This document shows, piece by piece, positions 17,335 to 30,700 of a stretch of 64,000 nucleotides of DNA; position 1 is the stretch's first letter, and every line of letters begins with the position of its first letter. The position numbers and the translations under genes were made by a program. Location: NCBI RefSeq assembly GCF_009914755.1, contig NC_060939.1; one strand, given 5' to 3'. The DNA is from the human T2T-CHM13v2.0 reference genome, Homo sapiens. The notes beneath the pieces are model-generated. The model was given only the letters and a program-made list of their open reading frames with translations, was not told the DNA's origin and searched no databases.

Positions 17335-17638
17335 GGCTGAGTATGGTGGCTCATGCCTGTAATCCCAGCACTTTGGGAGGCCAATGTGAGAGGATTGCTT
17401 GAGTCCAGGAGTTTCAGACAAACCTAAGCAAAATAGCAAGACCCTGTCTCTACAAAAATAAAAATAAAAATTAGCCAGGCATGGTGGTGTGTGCCTATAA
17501 TCCCAGCTACTGGGAGGGCTGAGGTGAGAGGATCACTTGAGCCCAAGAGGTCAAGCCTTTGGTGAGCTATGATTGCACCACTACACTCCAGCCTGGGTGA
17601 CAGAGCAAGACTCTATCTTAAAATTAAAAAAACAAAAA
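17335..17638 (+). mobile_element. AluJ-type element
   Basis: Full dimer; TSD-like CCTTCCCA(C/G)AAAGA. Confidence 0.95.
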
Positions 17639-17857
17639 ATCCTTCCCAGAAAGAAAACTCCAGGCTCAGATGGCATCACTAGTAAATTCTATCAAATATT
17701 TCAGAAAGAAATAATATTAATTCTACACAAACTCTTCCAGAAAATTGAAGAGGAGAAAATACTTCCTAACTCATGCTTTAAGTTCAATGCTAGTCTAATA
17801 CCAATACCAAACATGTTATAAGAAAGAAAATTTCAGTCCAAAATCTCTCATGAACAT

Positions 17858-18244
17858 TGCTACAGTTTGAATGTGTCCCCCAAAAGTTCATGTGTTAGAA
17901 ACTTAATCCCCAGTGCAACGGTGTTGGGAGGTGGGGCTTATTAAGAGGGGATTGGATCATGAGGGTGAAGCCCTCATGAATGGATTAATGTAGTTATTAT
18001 GGGTAAGTTATCACAAGAGTGGGCAGATATAAAAGTGGGTCCAGCACCTGGTGCCTCTGTCTGTCTCACATGCTCTCTTGCCCTTCTGCCAAGTTATGAT
18101 GCAGCAAGAAGGCCCTCACCAGATGTGGGTAGCATGCTATAGAACTTCCCAGCCTCCAGAACTGTGAGCGAAATAAGCCTCTTTTCTTTATAAATTATCC
18201 AGTCTATGATATTCTGTTATAGCAACACAAAACAGACCAAGACA
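17858..18244 (+). mobile_element. Solo LTR, MST class (MaLR)
   Basis: TGCTACAGTTTGAATGTGTCCCCCAAAAGTTCATGTGTT start; CTGTTATAGCAACACAAAACAGACCAAGACA end. Confidence 0.88.
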
Positions 18245-18254
18245 AATGCTCCGC

Positions 18255-18674
18255 AGTGAGCAGGTATAAGTAAACCTGCCCGCAAAGGCTGAGGGAGATG
18301 AGAGGCTGAATAAAACAGCTGAAAAATCCAGTTTCTTAAAAAGAAATATTTAATAGGAGCTTATGAACAGGAGAGATGTCTTGGGTGGCCATTAGGCAGT
18401 GGATCTCTGCACTCACCTTTTAGAAAATATCTGTTATATTACAAGTTTTTTGGTAAAATATGTGGTAGCTAGTCACATCTGTGTTTCTTGTTAAACTCAA
18501 GACTACTGGGGAGGTTAGATAAGCATCTTTATGAGGGGTTATCTAAGCTATGAGCATTGTTTAAAGACCTTGCTGCAGACCACCTTGGCATGCAAGAGTC
18601 AAACAACAGTCATCATGGGAGTTTCAATTCAAGATGGCGCCACTCTTGCCATGTAATTGGCTATTTTCCTACGA
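18255..18674 (-). mobile_element. Probable ERV solo LTR, family unresolved
   Basis: Interrupts the L1; CCAGTTTCTT...ATTTAATAGG and CAAGATGGCG motifs typical of antisense LTRs. Confidence 0.5.
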
Positions 18675-21600
18675 CAAGCATAGACACAAAACTTCTTAGC
18701 AGTATTTTAGTGAATCAAATCCAATGATACATAAGAAGACAATAGGTCACGACCAAGTGGATTTCATCCCAGGAATGTAAAGTTGGCCTAACATTTGAAA
18801 GATCAATCAATGTAACTCACCATGGTAAGAACTAGAAAATAAACATTAAATTATCTGAATAAATACAGAAAAGATACTTGTGCCACCCTTCCCAGCTTCC
18901 CCTGTGTCCCACACACATGGGAAGAATATCAGGGAACAGAATCTATAAGAGCCTTGGGAGGGACAAGAATCATTCCTCCATGTAGACACCCAGGTTGCTT
19001 CTGGGCTTGTGCTTCTGGACTGGCTCTACCATCACTGCGTGGACAGGGAGGGCTTCCTATTGCCTTGATAGGAACATCCCAGGCCTGCTCTGTGTGATGG
19101 GCCACTTGCAGCCTGGTCCATCAGTTTTATCCCCCATTTAAGGCTACTGGTTTCCTCAACTGAGCTGAGACAATAGGATTTCCGGTGGCCAGATACTTCA
19201 GCCAACCCTCACTGCCCTGGTTAATGAGACTGACACCACCCCCGCCCCCCGACCACCAGTATCAAAGAGCTGCCTCTCACCCTGATGGTGGTTAAGTGTT
19301 CATTTTAGGGCTCTGCACTGGCAGGTGAAGAGTGTTGACCATTCAACCATGCACCCTTGTCAATCCATTCAATCCATGCCATCCTGGATTGATTACAAAA
19401 GTGAGTTTATGTTTTATTTTCTATGTATTCTGCCTAATGCCAATAGCTTCTTGCTTTTACTCTCAAATCACCCATAATTTTTCACAGAATAATCTCCATA
19501 TTTTACCATTTCCACAGCACCCTCTAGCCAAAGTTTATTGTTAACATGGCTCTTCCGTGAGAAGAAGGAGCCTGCTGGTAAGATTACCTGAAAAGGACTG
19601 CCGTGTTGCATCAGTGGAAGCACTTTTCGACTTTATACAGGTAATTCTTGGCTAAAATAAAATGATATTAAAAAAAAAGAAAAATACATAGTACACTTGT
19701 TGCTCTCCCCTGCTTAGCCCTAATGCAGGCATTCCTAATCCATAGCCCTGTACCTTTCCTCTGACTCACGGCTTCACAACCCTTCTCAGTACCGTACCCC
19801 AGACAGGTACCACCAATCAGAGTTGATGTGAAACCTGTTTGCCTTTCCTGATCTTACCCATTGGCTCTGCAAACGGGTTTTGATTTTGCTTTTCTAGCTC
19901 TGAACTTTGTGCCTTTTCCAAAGTGATTCTAGGGATCAGCCTTCCAGTTTCCTACACAACAGCCTAAGGCATCTACAACTCCCAAACCAGTCCATGCCTC
20001 ATTGCCATGGAGCCTGCTTCGGCCACATGCAGTGCCTGCTCAACAGAGGCAGGGATGTGCATAGCTGTTGTGTGCAGGAGCTGATTTATTAAGAAGTCCA
20101 ACTGGCCAGAGCCCCCAAGAGAAACTCTCTTTGGGAACAGTGGGTGCTGTTGACTGCTTGCACGTGTCATTGCTTCAGAGGTCTTTAGTCTTTTCTGTCT
20201 GAACACCCTCAAAGTGGGGAAGTGACCTCTGATCATTGGATACTTTCCTAAGGGGAGTAGCAACAGTCTACAGGTATTCCTCCTGTGGTTATTCTGACAG
20301 TGGTAGGCTTAAACCCGGTAGAGAGGTCTTGCATTCTATCTGGTGGAGTGTGTGGCACAGAAACAGTTACGAAAACAAAAGCTTTTACCCTACTCTCCCA
20401 CCCATCAGAAAGAGCACTGACTTTTAAAAAATATTTCCCCTTGCAAATCCTCAGTCTCAGAAGCAGGGCATTCGATTATGTTGTCAACACAAATAGATCT
20501 CATAAAATTCAAAGTTAAAGTCACTTCTGACAGTTTCTTAGCCTATAAAATGAGGGGGTTAGATCAGATAATCTCTAAAGGTCTTTCCGTCTTTCACAGC
20601 TTGTGACTTTATGGCTTTAGTCAACAGTATAAAACAAGGGCAAACGGCAAAAAAAAAAAAAAAAAACAAGAAGCCTTAAAACTTAGCACAGGCTCTGGAG
20701 AATCTACAGGTATTTCAAAAAGACAGTTGACTTGAAATGTAGGAAGCCCAAATGAATTCTGAAATAGAGTAGAACCGTGAGAACGTGCTTGTAAAATGTG
20801 TCACCACCCACTGCCTTCCAACTGGCTCTGGGGCCTTTCCAGCACTGGGTGGTATCTGACTGATAAGTATCATTCTTTGTTAATGTAACCATGGTTTGTC
20901 ATGTTTGCCAAAGGCTGGAAGAAAATTGAGCCAAGAGCTGGAAGCCAGAAGTTCCCCATGCCTGCCCTACACATCCAGGCTCTGAGTTTTTACTTTTTCT
21001 ACTATATTGCCATGCAAGTAACTTTAACTTTGCTTCTCTGTTCTCTGTCACTGAGAAATACCATGTCTCCATGGCAATAGGAATGCATTTACCTTCACCA
21101 AACCTGCTCAAATCCTTGCTGAACAGGACGTAGCAGGAGTTGACTTTCCAATGGTGGAGGTTCAGAGTACAGCCTGTAGCCACAGAGAAAAGTTGCTTGT
21201 TCCTGAAATGCAGACACACCTCCAATCCAGAGAGCAAGTCATCTCGTGGAGGAAGTGGTAGCTGTAAAAATTCAAATGGAAAAGGCATAGGTAAGAGACA
21301 AATTTTCTGAAAAGTTTGCCTTAAGTTTGGCACAGAATTTGGGACCATTGCTTTGGCAATCAATGACACTCAGAGGGGAACAGAAGCCTCCAGGATGGGT
21401 GAGGTGGCTCATGGAAAACAAGTGTGTGCAGGGCGGAGAGGAGAGGACCAGGACAGAAGGCAAGGGGTTGAGGGGGTTGCCGTTCTGGGTCTGTTCCTAA
21501 CAGGCATGCTTTTTCCAGTCTTTTCATGCCCTCATAAACCTTCACTTGGGCTGGTGGAGTGTTGCATTTCTTCATTTAGTCATTGAGTCATCCATTCCTC

Positions 21601-21905
21601 ACTTACTTACCAGCTCATTCATTCAGAAAGCCTTTATTCCACACCTACCATGTGCCAAATAATTGTATTCAGCACCAGTTCACTCGGATGAATAGGGCAT
21701 GGTCCCTGCCCACCAGGCTCACAGCCTGGGTTGAAGAGGTAGATGACTAAACAGGCGCATGCAATTCAACATAGTACGTGCCTCTTTGGAGTAAGCACGG
21801 ATGTGGTGGGAGCACAGTAGAGGGGCAGCGAAGCCCACCTCGGGGAGGAGGTACAGTGGGGTTTTGAAAGGAGGGCCTCCCTTAAGGCTGCTGAAAGATG
21901 TGGTG

Positions 21906-22075
21906 TTATTTTTTATTTTTTACTTTTTTGTAAGAGACAGGATCTCATTGTATTGCCCAGGCTGGAGTGCAGTGACTATTCACAGGCATGATCATGGCTC
22001 ACTGCAGCCTCAAACTCCTGGCCTCAAGTGATCCTCTTGCCTCAGCCCCACAAGTGGCTGGGACTCTGGCAAGTG
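21906..22075 (-). mobile_element. FAM-type fossil Alu monomer
   Basis: Monomer retaining the 7SL-derived TATTCACAGGCATGATC segment. Confidence 0.8.
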
Positions 22076-22402
22076 TAGTGCTATTTAGTGGGTAAAGAGG
22101 GGGATAGGAAAGAGTCAAAGGGTATTCTAAGTTCAGGGGCAGCTTTCACAATGACTCAGAGACAAGGAAGAACATGTAGGGCTTGGAAGTCTGTAAGTGG
22201 TTCAGACAGCTCAGCTGATGAACTAACCCCACACACATCATGGTGGGCGTCACTGAAGCATTTACTGGGCAGCTCCTGTGAAGAAATCAGCTTGCTTGAG
22301 CTAAACATGTGAAATGAGTTCATTTGGCTTGACCATATTTAACTCCATGTGGCTGGGTTAAATGAAATGTTTCATCCTTTGGAAGGAATGCAAAGTTTTT
22401 GG

Positions 22403-22702
22403 GGTTTTGTTTGTTTTTGAGAAGGGTTTTGCTCTGTCGTCAGGCTAGAGTACAGTGGAGTAATCATAGCTAAGTGCAGCCTCCAACTTCTGGCTCAAGC
22501 CATACTCCTGCCTCAGCCTCCTGAGTAGCTGGGACTACAGGTATGTGCCACCATAACCACCTAATTTTTTTAAATTATTTTTTGTAGAGACGAAGTCTTG
22601 CTTTGTTGCCCATGCTGGTCTCAAATTCCTGGGCTCAAGTGATCCTTCTACTTAGGGATCCCAAAGAGCTGGGATCACAGGCGTGAGCCACCGCACCTGA
22701 CC
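22403..22702 (-). mobile_element. AluJ-type element
   Basis: Full antisense dimer. Confidence 0.93.
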
Positions 22703-23239
22703 ACACAAAGAGTTTTGAACCAGGAAGGAACCTGGAGAAATTATGCAGCAGTGGACAAGGTGGGTGGCCTACTGAAAAGACTGAAGAGACCCTCAAGAGA
22801 ATCTGGTAGCCATCAGAGTCAGAGACATTTAGAATGGCACAAACACAGCAGGAAGGGAAGCAGTGATTCTATCAGGCACCAGGAGAAATATGATACACAG
22901 GTTACCCCATGTCATTCTCACAATAACCTAATGGAAGTTGGCATTATTAAACCCACTTTACAGATGAGGCACCAGAGGTTTGGAGTTTGTTGAAGCCACT
23001 TGCTCTGAAGCATTTTGAAAACTTTGTCCTGGTTCTTGTGACTTGAGCAGAGACTGAGCTGCCTCATCACACCACCGGGTTCCTCAGGAGGAAGATCCGT
23101 GGCAGAGGAGATGGCATCTGGTTAGAGGCTAGTGGCACAGGAGGAGCATGGGCCAGAACAGCTCCCATGAGCTGGAAGATGTGACAAGTACTAGTATCAA
23201 TATCAAGAGCAGGGAGGTTGGGAGTGGTTGTGGATTTTA

Positions 23240-24200
23240 GCAGATACATCCACTCCTTCATTCATTCTATTTATTTAATAAAAGGTTCTGCTGGAGACTC
23301 ATCAGCAAAAACAAACAAGCAAACAAAAAAGAGACAAGTATTTGTACCCTCATGGAACTTACATTCTAGTGAAGGAGGGGAGCAGGAAATAAGCAAGACA
23401 GTCAATTTCCTCTATAATAGGTTAGATGGGGAAAAGTAGCAAGGTGAGAAATAAAGGAAGGAAGGGAATTTTTTTTTTAATTTCAAGATGGTTGCAGTTT
23501 TAGATGGAGCGACCAAGAAAGTGGCATTCAAGTAAAGACCTGAAGCAAGTGAGGGAGTGAGCTGTGAAGACATCTGGTTGGGAGAGTATTTTTGGAGGAG
23601 AGAATCACATGTCCCAGGGCCTGGAGATGAGAGAACTAGCATGGAGCCCATGTGGCTGTAGCGGAGCTTAACAGGGCTCTCTAGGAAGAGAAGAGGCCAG
23701 AGTTAACACAGAGTTAACACAGGGCTAGACCACTTGAGGCCTTGAAGGCCATCGTAAGGACTTGGGGTTCCCTTCTAGGTAAGACTGGAAGTCTTTTGAA
23801 GGCTTTGAGCAGAGATTGCCCTCTGACTTTCATGTTAACAATATGGGTCTGATGACTGTGTTGAGAATCCATGGTCCAAGGGGGCAAGGGCAGAGCAGGA
23901 AGGTGAAGCAGGAAGCCCGTGGAATAAGCCAGGTGAGAGATGACGAGGGTTTGGACCAGGCGGGAACAGGGGAGGGGGTGAGAAATGGTCAGGTCCCGAT
24001 GTATTTGGAGGGTGGAGCAGCAGGATCTGCTGACAGATTGGATGTGTGGTGTGAGAGAGAGAAGTCAAGGATGACTTCAAGGTTTTGGCCTGAGGAACTG
24101 GAAATGCCTTTCACTGAGGGGGAAATAAAGAAATAAGCAGGTGTGGGAGGAAAATGAGGACCTCAGGTTTTATTCTGTTAAGCTTGAGGCAGAAATGTAG
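23240..24200 (-). mobile_element. L2 LINE fragment
   Basis: CATTCATTC terminus; CCCTCATGGAACTTACATTCTAG, CAGGTGAGAGATGA, GTCAAGGATGACT L2 motifs. Confidence 0.75.
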
Positions 24201-25742
24201 GAGGAGCATGAAGAAAGGACAGTTCCACAGAGGCCAACGGCAGGAGGAATGGATCAGATGCCACGGAAGGGTCAGGGAGACGTGCGTGGAGGGAAGGTCA
24301 TTGGACTTGGCAGGCAAAATGGTCATGAGCTCACAGAAGAGGCACATGGTGTGCTTTGTGAATTTCTCCCTAGTCCTACACTCTCCTTCATTAAGCACAG
24401 GATTCTTTCGGCCAGTTTCTTCTTTCTATTCCCCTCCCCAGCTCTTTTTAGACCAGGGCTGGCCTGTACCCATCCACTCCTCTAATGCTGGCTTCAAAGC
24501 CTGTTTAATTTAATGGTCACTCCAGGGATCTCTTGGAAACCGATGGGAGGGTACCCTGTCCCTCGTATGGTATTTTTATGTTCATTTTTATTGGGCATTT
24601 ATTTTTCCTGCTAAAAATATCTCATGCCTTTCTGGGGGCAGGGGAGGGGGGAAGTGGAGCGGAAAAATTATTTCAGCATCTCGCTTACAAATCTGCTTGG
24701 TGGAGCTGGAGTCTGTGGGTTGAGCACTGGTTTTCCATGCCCATTTCTGGATGTGCTCACTAAGATATTCCAGCCCAGGCCCTTCCTGTTTTAGTGAAAG
24801 GAAAGCAGTGAGGTCCCACCCACTCGTCTTAGAAGCTCCCTCCGGATGGCCTGGCCAGTTTCCATTCCAGTAGATGGCACGAAACTGAGTTCATGAAGTA
24901 CAGAAAGTCTGAACATCTGTTTCTATGGGTCTACATGATGTCATTTGTCCTGAAACACCCCCAGCCCCTCACACACAGACAGTCCAGATCCTACACTTGG
25001 AAAAAAAAAACAAACAGAAGGGGAATTCCTACTGAGGTAATGATCTGAGTGTGGAGGGGCTCCCAATTTGGCCTTTATGAATGGACTGATTGAGCTAGGT
25101 AGACAGAAAGGGGTAATCTCCCCCTCGCCGCTTCTCTAACGCCGTCCTTTGAAAAAAGAAAATAAACTGGGCAAAGTCATCACTGTGTGAAATGGGGCTG
25201 AGGATTAGGATTTCCACAGGTCCAAGAGCAATCAAGTCATTACCATTGAGTAGATTCGAGGTTGACTTCAGGGTGGTTCAATTTGTATATCACAGAATAT
25301 TTGAACAACTGTCTAAAGAAAAGGTCACTGTGCCCCAGCCTGAGCTGGGTTGACAATTTGCTTCTGAAGGGCAAAAGTAAGACAATAATGTCTCAACTGT
25401 AGAAGGAGGTGGGGGAGCAAGGACAGAAGATGGAGCAGAGTAGAGATGCCTTTAAATAACTCAGAGGGAAGGGCTCTTTTCTGAGCTTCACTGTGCTCAG
25501 CCTCCAGGGGAGTCCTCTGAAGCACTTCTTCAGAGCTGTGACCTCCTCTGGGTCTGGGAACCAGGGGTGAGGCCATGCTGATCAATTCTGGCTTGGGGAA
25601 AGGTGAGAAAGAGACAGTTTGTGAATAACATTTAGCACCCCAAATCAGGTGGATGGCTTGAAAGCTCGAACTAAGGATACAAGGAAGTGGTAGAAAGGAG
25701 GGGTGGGATTGAGGTGGGTTTTGCCAACTTGGAACACTAGAA

Positions 25743-25745
25743 TAT

Positions 25746-25798
<53 letters not shown>

Positions 25799-25948
25799 GA
25801 CACAGGGTCTTGCTCTGTCACCCAGGCTGGAGTTTAGTGGTGCAATCATAGCTCACTGCAGCCTCGAACTCCAAGGCTTAAGTGATCCTCCAGCCTCAGC
25901 CTCCTGAGTAACTAGGAATACAGGCATGCACCACCACACTTGGCTAAT
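25743..25948 (-). mobile_element. Alu right arm only (FRAM or truncated AluJ) with (TTTA)n tail microsatellite
   Basis: About 13 TTTA units, then AGACACAGGGTCTTGCTCTGTCACCCAGGCTGG to TGGCTAATT. Confidence 0.9.
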
Positions 25949-26151
25949 TGGAGCACTAGAATCTTGTTGGCAGTAGCACATGGGCTCCTCTTGGTGGAAA
26001 AAAAAATATATCCACATCAATATTTGGAGGAAGGCTTTGTCTTGGGACTTTAAGAAGATAGCAAAGGATTTGTTCATGCTTGAACCTATGCTTGTGAGTG
26101 AGAACTTTATAGTGTTACTATATGGATAACATGAGTTTAATTGTATACACC

Positions 26152-26730
26152 TGTGCAGGAAACAGTCACCATGGCTGCCTGAGACTGCTCTCCTTAGAAA
26201 GGTCTGCTTGGAAAGTTGGCCCCTGGTGGGCATCTGGGAGCTTGGCCAGTGAATAATTCCCCACATTGATAGAAAACTTCTATCAGTGATAAGCGTGGCT
26301 CATTGGACTTACACCATTTGTACAAACAAAATGGTTTGTGCTGAATGCCTGCCTTCCTTCTGAGAGCCTGGAGTTTTGTTACATGCTAGGCAGCAGGTGC
26401 CTACATGACAAAACCCCAGTATAAAATCTTAAGCACTGAGTCTCTAATGAGCTGTCCTGACAGACAATACTTCACATGTGTAGTTAGAATTTGTTGCTAG
26501 AGGAACTAAGTGTGTCCTGTGTGAATTTACTAGGAGCAGACTCTTGAGAGCTTGCACCTGGCTTTCTCTGGACTTCTCCCCATGTGCCTGTTCCCTTTGC
26601 TCATGAAACAATTGCTTTGTATCCTTTTGCTGTAATCAATCTTAGCTGTGAGCATGGCTATATGTGGAATCCTGTGAGTCCTCCTAGCAAATCACTGAGC
26701 CTGGTGGTGGTCTTGGGGACCCTTGATACA
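26152..26730 (+). mobile_element. Solo ERVL LTR (MER68-like)
   Basis: TGTGCAG...CCTGAGACTGCT..CCTTAGAAAGG start; GTGGTCTTGGGGACCC...ACA end. Confidence 0.75.
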
Positions 26731-28312
26731 ACTAAATCACCCATATTCTAGGGCAGAGTTCTAAAATTAATGACCTGATTCCTGTTTACTAAAGAATTTG
26801 TAAAAAGGCTTTAACCAGGTGGGGTGAAAAGGGGGTGTTGACTTCAGTCTGGATAGTTCTGTTAACCTTGTGCTTGGTGCTCTTGTCCCATGCCCCATCT
26901 CATGAAGCAATTGCAGGACCCTCGCTCCTGGGTGCACACCGTTCTCAGTCTCAACCTACCTATCATGGAAGCAGAGGCAGAGCAGAGACAAGAGAAGAGT
27001 GTTTTGATCTATCTGTGGTAGAGGCTGGGGACTCCACGGGTGTTTTCATTTCCCCTCCTAAGCCAGTGGGAGGGCGATTGAACAGCTGGCCTCTGCTACA
27101 GTTCAGGATTGACTCCCTTAGCAAGGCTTTCCTAAGTGTGCCTTTCTGCTTGAGTTCTTTCTAGATTCCAAGCAGACATAGTTCTACCTGGTTTCCACAG
27201 AGTCTTTCTTTAGATATGCTAATGTAATCAATTAACTAACGCAGAGCCTTGCTGTGTCCTGTGAGCCTCCATTTCTGTAAGGTCTGTAACCTGCTGTGTT
27301 AATTGTGCTCTCAAGGCAACTTGATCCACGTCCTGGGGGCACTCCTCACTTGTGGTCCCTTCCCCAAGCTGCAATTACCACCTTGTATGCAGAATTGCTT
27401 TGAAGCATGGTATTCTTTCTGGACCATCCCACAGAGAAAAGCAAGATTTTAGCTTGTATGTGCTGCCCGGGGTCTCAGAAATCAACTTGCTATGTACCCA
27501 GTTCTGGGTTCCCAGACAGCCACTGTGATGTGAAGGCTTCCTGGCAGGGTGGGTCTATTTCTTCACCCTCACCCCCTTCTGCAGACATAGCAGACATCAA
27601 TGGGGAGATGAGAAGAAGGCAGAGGAGTTGTGCTAAGAGGAGGACATTCTTGAAAATCTGAAAGATTTCATTATCTTATAGAACTTTGGCTTTTAGAGCT
27701 GCTTTTCTAAATTTCCTCCTCTACCTTCCTGTGTCTGCAGCCCCCATTTACTCATCTTTAAATGAAAGCAGGACATGGTTCTGACAGCCCCCATAGAAGG
27801 CCAAAGAGATGTGAGACTCCTGAGTGGGGAGCTAAGGGGAGTGAGGGAGCAGGAGTATCCAGGTGAGCACAGGAAGTGGTGAGGGTAGGAAAGAAAGAGT
27901 GTCCATGGGTGACACAGCTCCCAGGGGACAAGGGAAGGGTATGTGAAATTCCCAAGGGCTTTTCAGAACAAAGTCTTATCATCCTACTGTGCGGTGGAGT
28001 TAGATCAAGGGACTCCTTATGCTTTTTGGCCCAATGTGGGCCTTTGTGGGTTGTTATAGGTGGGTTGTTATAAGTAGCTTCAGGTCCAAAGTGAGAAACT
28101 AGTCAACATACTCTCCTGCCTCTGTGTGACTGATAGGCAGAGAGTAAGACTCTTGAGTAATGTACTGACCATTCTTCCAACATTACAAGCATAGCAGGAA
28201 AATCCCACAATTCCCACTGCAGGAAGTGCTAGATCACCAGGGGAATATACTAAAACTCCAGACTTCCAAGATGGAAGCCTCCACTCATTGTTAACTTCAA
28301 AAGTCTTTTTAT

Positions 28313-30700
28313 CAAATTCTTTGAAATGAATGAAAACAATATTCCAAAATCTCTGGGACGAGGCAAAAGCAGTTGTTAAGAGGGAAGTTTATAGCACTGA
28401 ATGCCTACATCAAGAAAATAGAAAGATCTCAAATTAATGATCTAACATTACATTACACATAAATGAACTAGAAAAACAAAGAACAAGCTAATCTCAAAAC
28501 TAGCAGAAGAAAAGAAATAACTAAAATAGAACAGAACTAAACAAAATTAAGACCCATCCCAAAACATACAAAGGATCCACAAAATGAAGAGTTGGTTTTT
28601 TGAAAAGAAAGAAAGAAAGAGAGAGAGAAAGACAGAAAGAAAGAAAGAAAGAAAGTAAGAAAGAAAGAAAGAAAGAAAGCAAAAAGAAAGACCCAAATGA
28701 GCACAATCAGAAATGACAAAGGTGACATTACAAATGATCCCACAGAAATACTAAAGATCCTGAGAGACTATTAGGAACGCCTATATGCACACAAACTAGA
28801 AAACCTAGAGAAAATGGATAAATTCCTGGAAGCACACAACCTGCCAAGATTGAATCAGGAAGAAAATGAAACTCTGAACAGACCATTAATATGTTCTGAA
28901 ATTGAATCAGTAATAAAAAACCTACCAACCCATAAAAGTACTGGGCTAGACAGATTCATAGCCAAATTCTACCAGACATACAAAGAAGAACTGGTACCAG
29001 TCCTACTGAAACTATCCTGAAAGACTGAGGAGGAAGGATTCTACCCTAACTCATTCTAGGAAACCAGTATTATCCTGATACCAAAATCTGACAAAGACAC
29101 AGTGAAAAAAGAAAACTACAGGCCAATATCCCTGACGAACATAGACATGAAAATCCTCAACAAAATCCTAGAAAACCAAACCCAGCAGCATATCAAAAAC
29201 TATTTCACCACAATCAGTAAGCTTTATTCCTGGGATACAAGGTTGGTTCAGCATACGGAAATCAATAAATGGATTCACCACCTAAGCAGAATTAACAAAA
29301 ACCATGTGACCATTTCAGTAGATGTAGAAAAAGCTTTAGGCGAAATCCAATATCCCTTCGTGATAAAAACCCTCAACAAACTAGGAATTGAAGGAACATA
29401 TCTAAAAATAATAAGAGTCATTTATGATAAACCCACAGCCAACATCATACTGAATGTACAAAAGCTGGAAACATTCCCCTTGAGAAATGAAAAAAAGACA
29501 AGGATGCCCATTCTTACTTCTATACAACATAGTAGTGGAAGTCCTGGCCAGAGCAATCAGGCAAGAGAAAGAAATAAAAGGCATTCAGATAGGAATAGAG
29601 GAAGTCAAACTGTCTTCATTCACAGGCAATATAATTTTATACCTGGAAAACCCCATAGACTCCACCAGAAGGTCTAGAACTAATAAACAACTTCAGTAAA
29701 CTTTCAGGTTGCAAAATCAATATGCAAATACCAGCAGCATTTCTATACACCAGTAACATTAAAATTGAGAGCCCAATCAAGAATATAATCCCATTTATAA
29801 TAGCCACCCACCAAAATAAAATAACTAGAAATACATCTAACCAAGGAAGTGAAGGTTGTCTATGATGGGAATCACAAAACACTGCTGAAAGAAACCATAA
29901 ACAACACAAACAAATGAAAAATATCCCATGCTCATGGATTAGAAGAATCAATATTGTTAAAATGGCCATAGTGCCCAAAGCAATCTACAAATTCAATGCT
30001 ATTTATATCAAATTACCAATGTCATTTTTTTAACAGAATTACAAAAAACTATTTCAAAATTCATATGGAACCAAAAAAGAGCCTGAAAAGTCAAAGCAAT
30101 CCTAAACAAAAAGAACAAAGCCAGAGACATCACATTACCTGACTTCAAACTATACTACAAGGCTACAGTAGCCAAAACAGCATGGTACAGGTACAGAAAC
30201 AGACACATAGATCAATGAAACAAAATACAGAACCCAGAAACAAAGCCACACACCTACAACAAACTGATCTTTGACAGTTGACAAAAATAAGCAATGGGGA
30301 AAAGGGAACAGGGAAATAGGAGAAAGAGGATAAGCAATAGCGAAAACTACCTATTCAATAAATGGTGCTGGGATAGCTAGCTAGCCATACGCAGAAGAAT
30401 GAAACTGGACCCCTACCTATCACCATATACGCAAATTAACTCAGGGTGGATTAAAGCTTTAAATGTAAGACCTCAAGCTTTGAAATCCTAGAAGAAAACC
30501 TAGGAAATACCCTTCCATAGACACTGGGGACTCCAAAAGGAGGAGAGAGGGAGGAGAACAAGGGCTGAAAATCTTCCTGTTAGGTACTCTGTTCACTATC
30601 TGGGTGATAGGATCAATACAAACCGAAACCCCGGCATCACGCAACAGACCCTTGTAACAAACCTGCACATGTACCCCCTGATTCTAAAATTTAAATTTTA
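28313..30700 (+). mobile_element. 5'-truncated LINE-1 of L1PA15/16-L1PB age, disrupted ORF2, with internal deletion
   Basis: ORF2 remnants ([39 protein letters not shown]); L1 3' UTR; TSD AAAA(G/A)TCTTTTTAT at 28299-28312 and 30701-30714. Confidence 0.92.
28603..28690. repeat. (GAAA)n/(GA)n compound microsatellite inside L1
   Basis: Visible tandem GAAA units. Confidence 0.95.

Larger units (their letters stand above)
13345..18880 (+). mobile_element. Fragmented old L1M sequence (ORF2 endonuclease to RT remnants) hosting Alu and LTR insertions
   Basis: A-rich strand; remnants such as [34 protein letters not shown] (17.65-17.8 kb) and GACAAAGTAGATTTCAGGACA. Confidence 0.75.

Noticed and set aside
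20000-21080. Cluster of RFX X-box-like strings (e.g. GTCTCCATGGCAAT)
   Set aside because: All imperfect; not distinguishable from chance by eye
29102-29699. RT-like ORFs
   Set aside because: Frameshifted remnants of L1 ORF2, not a host gene
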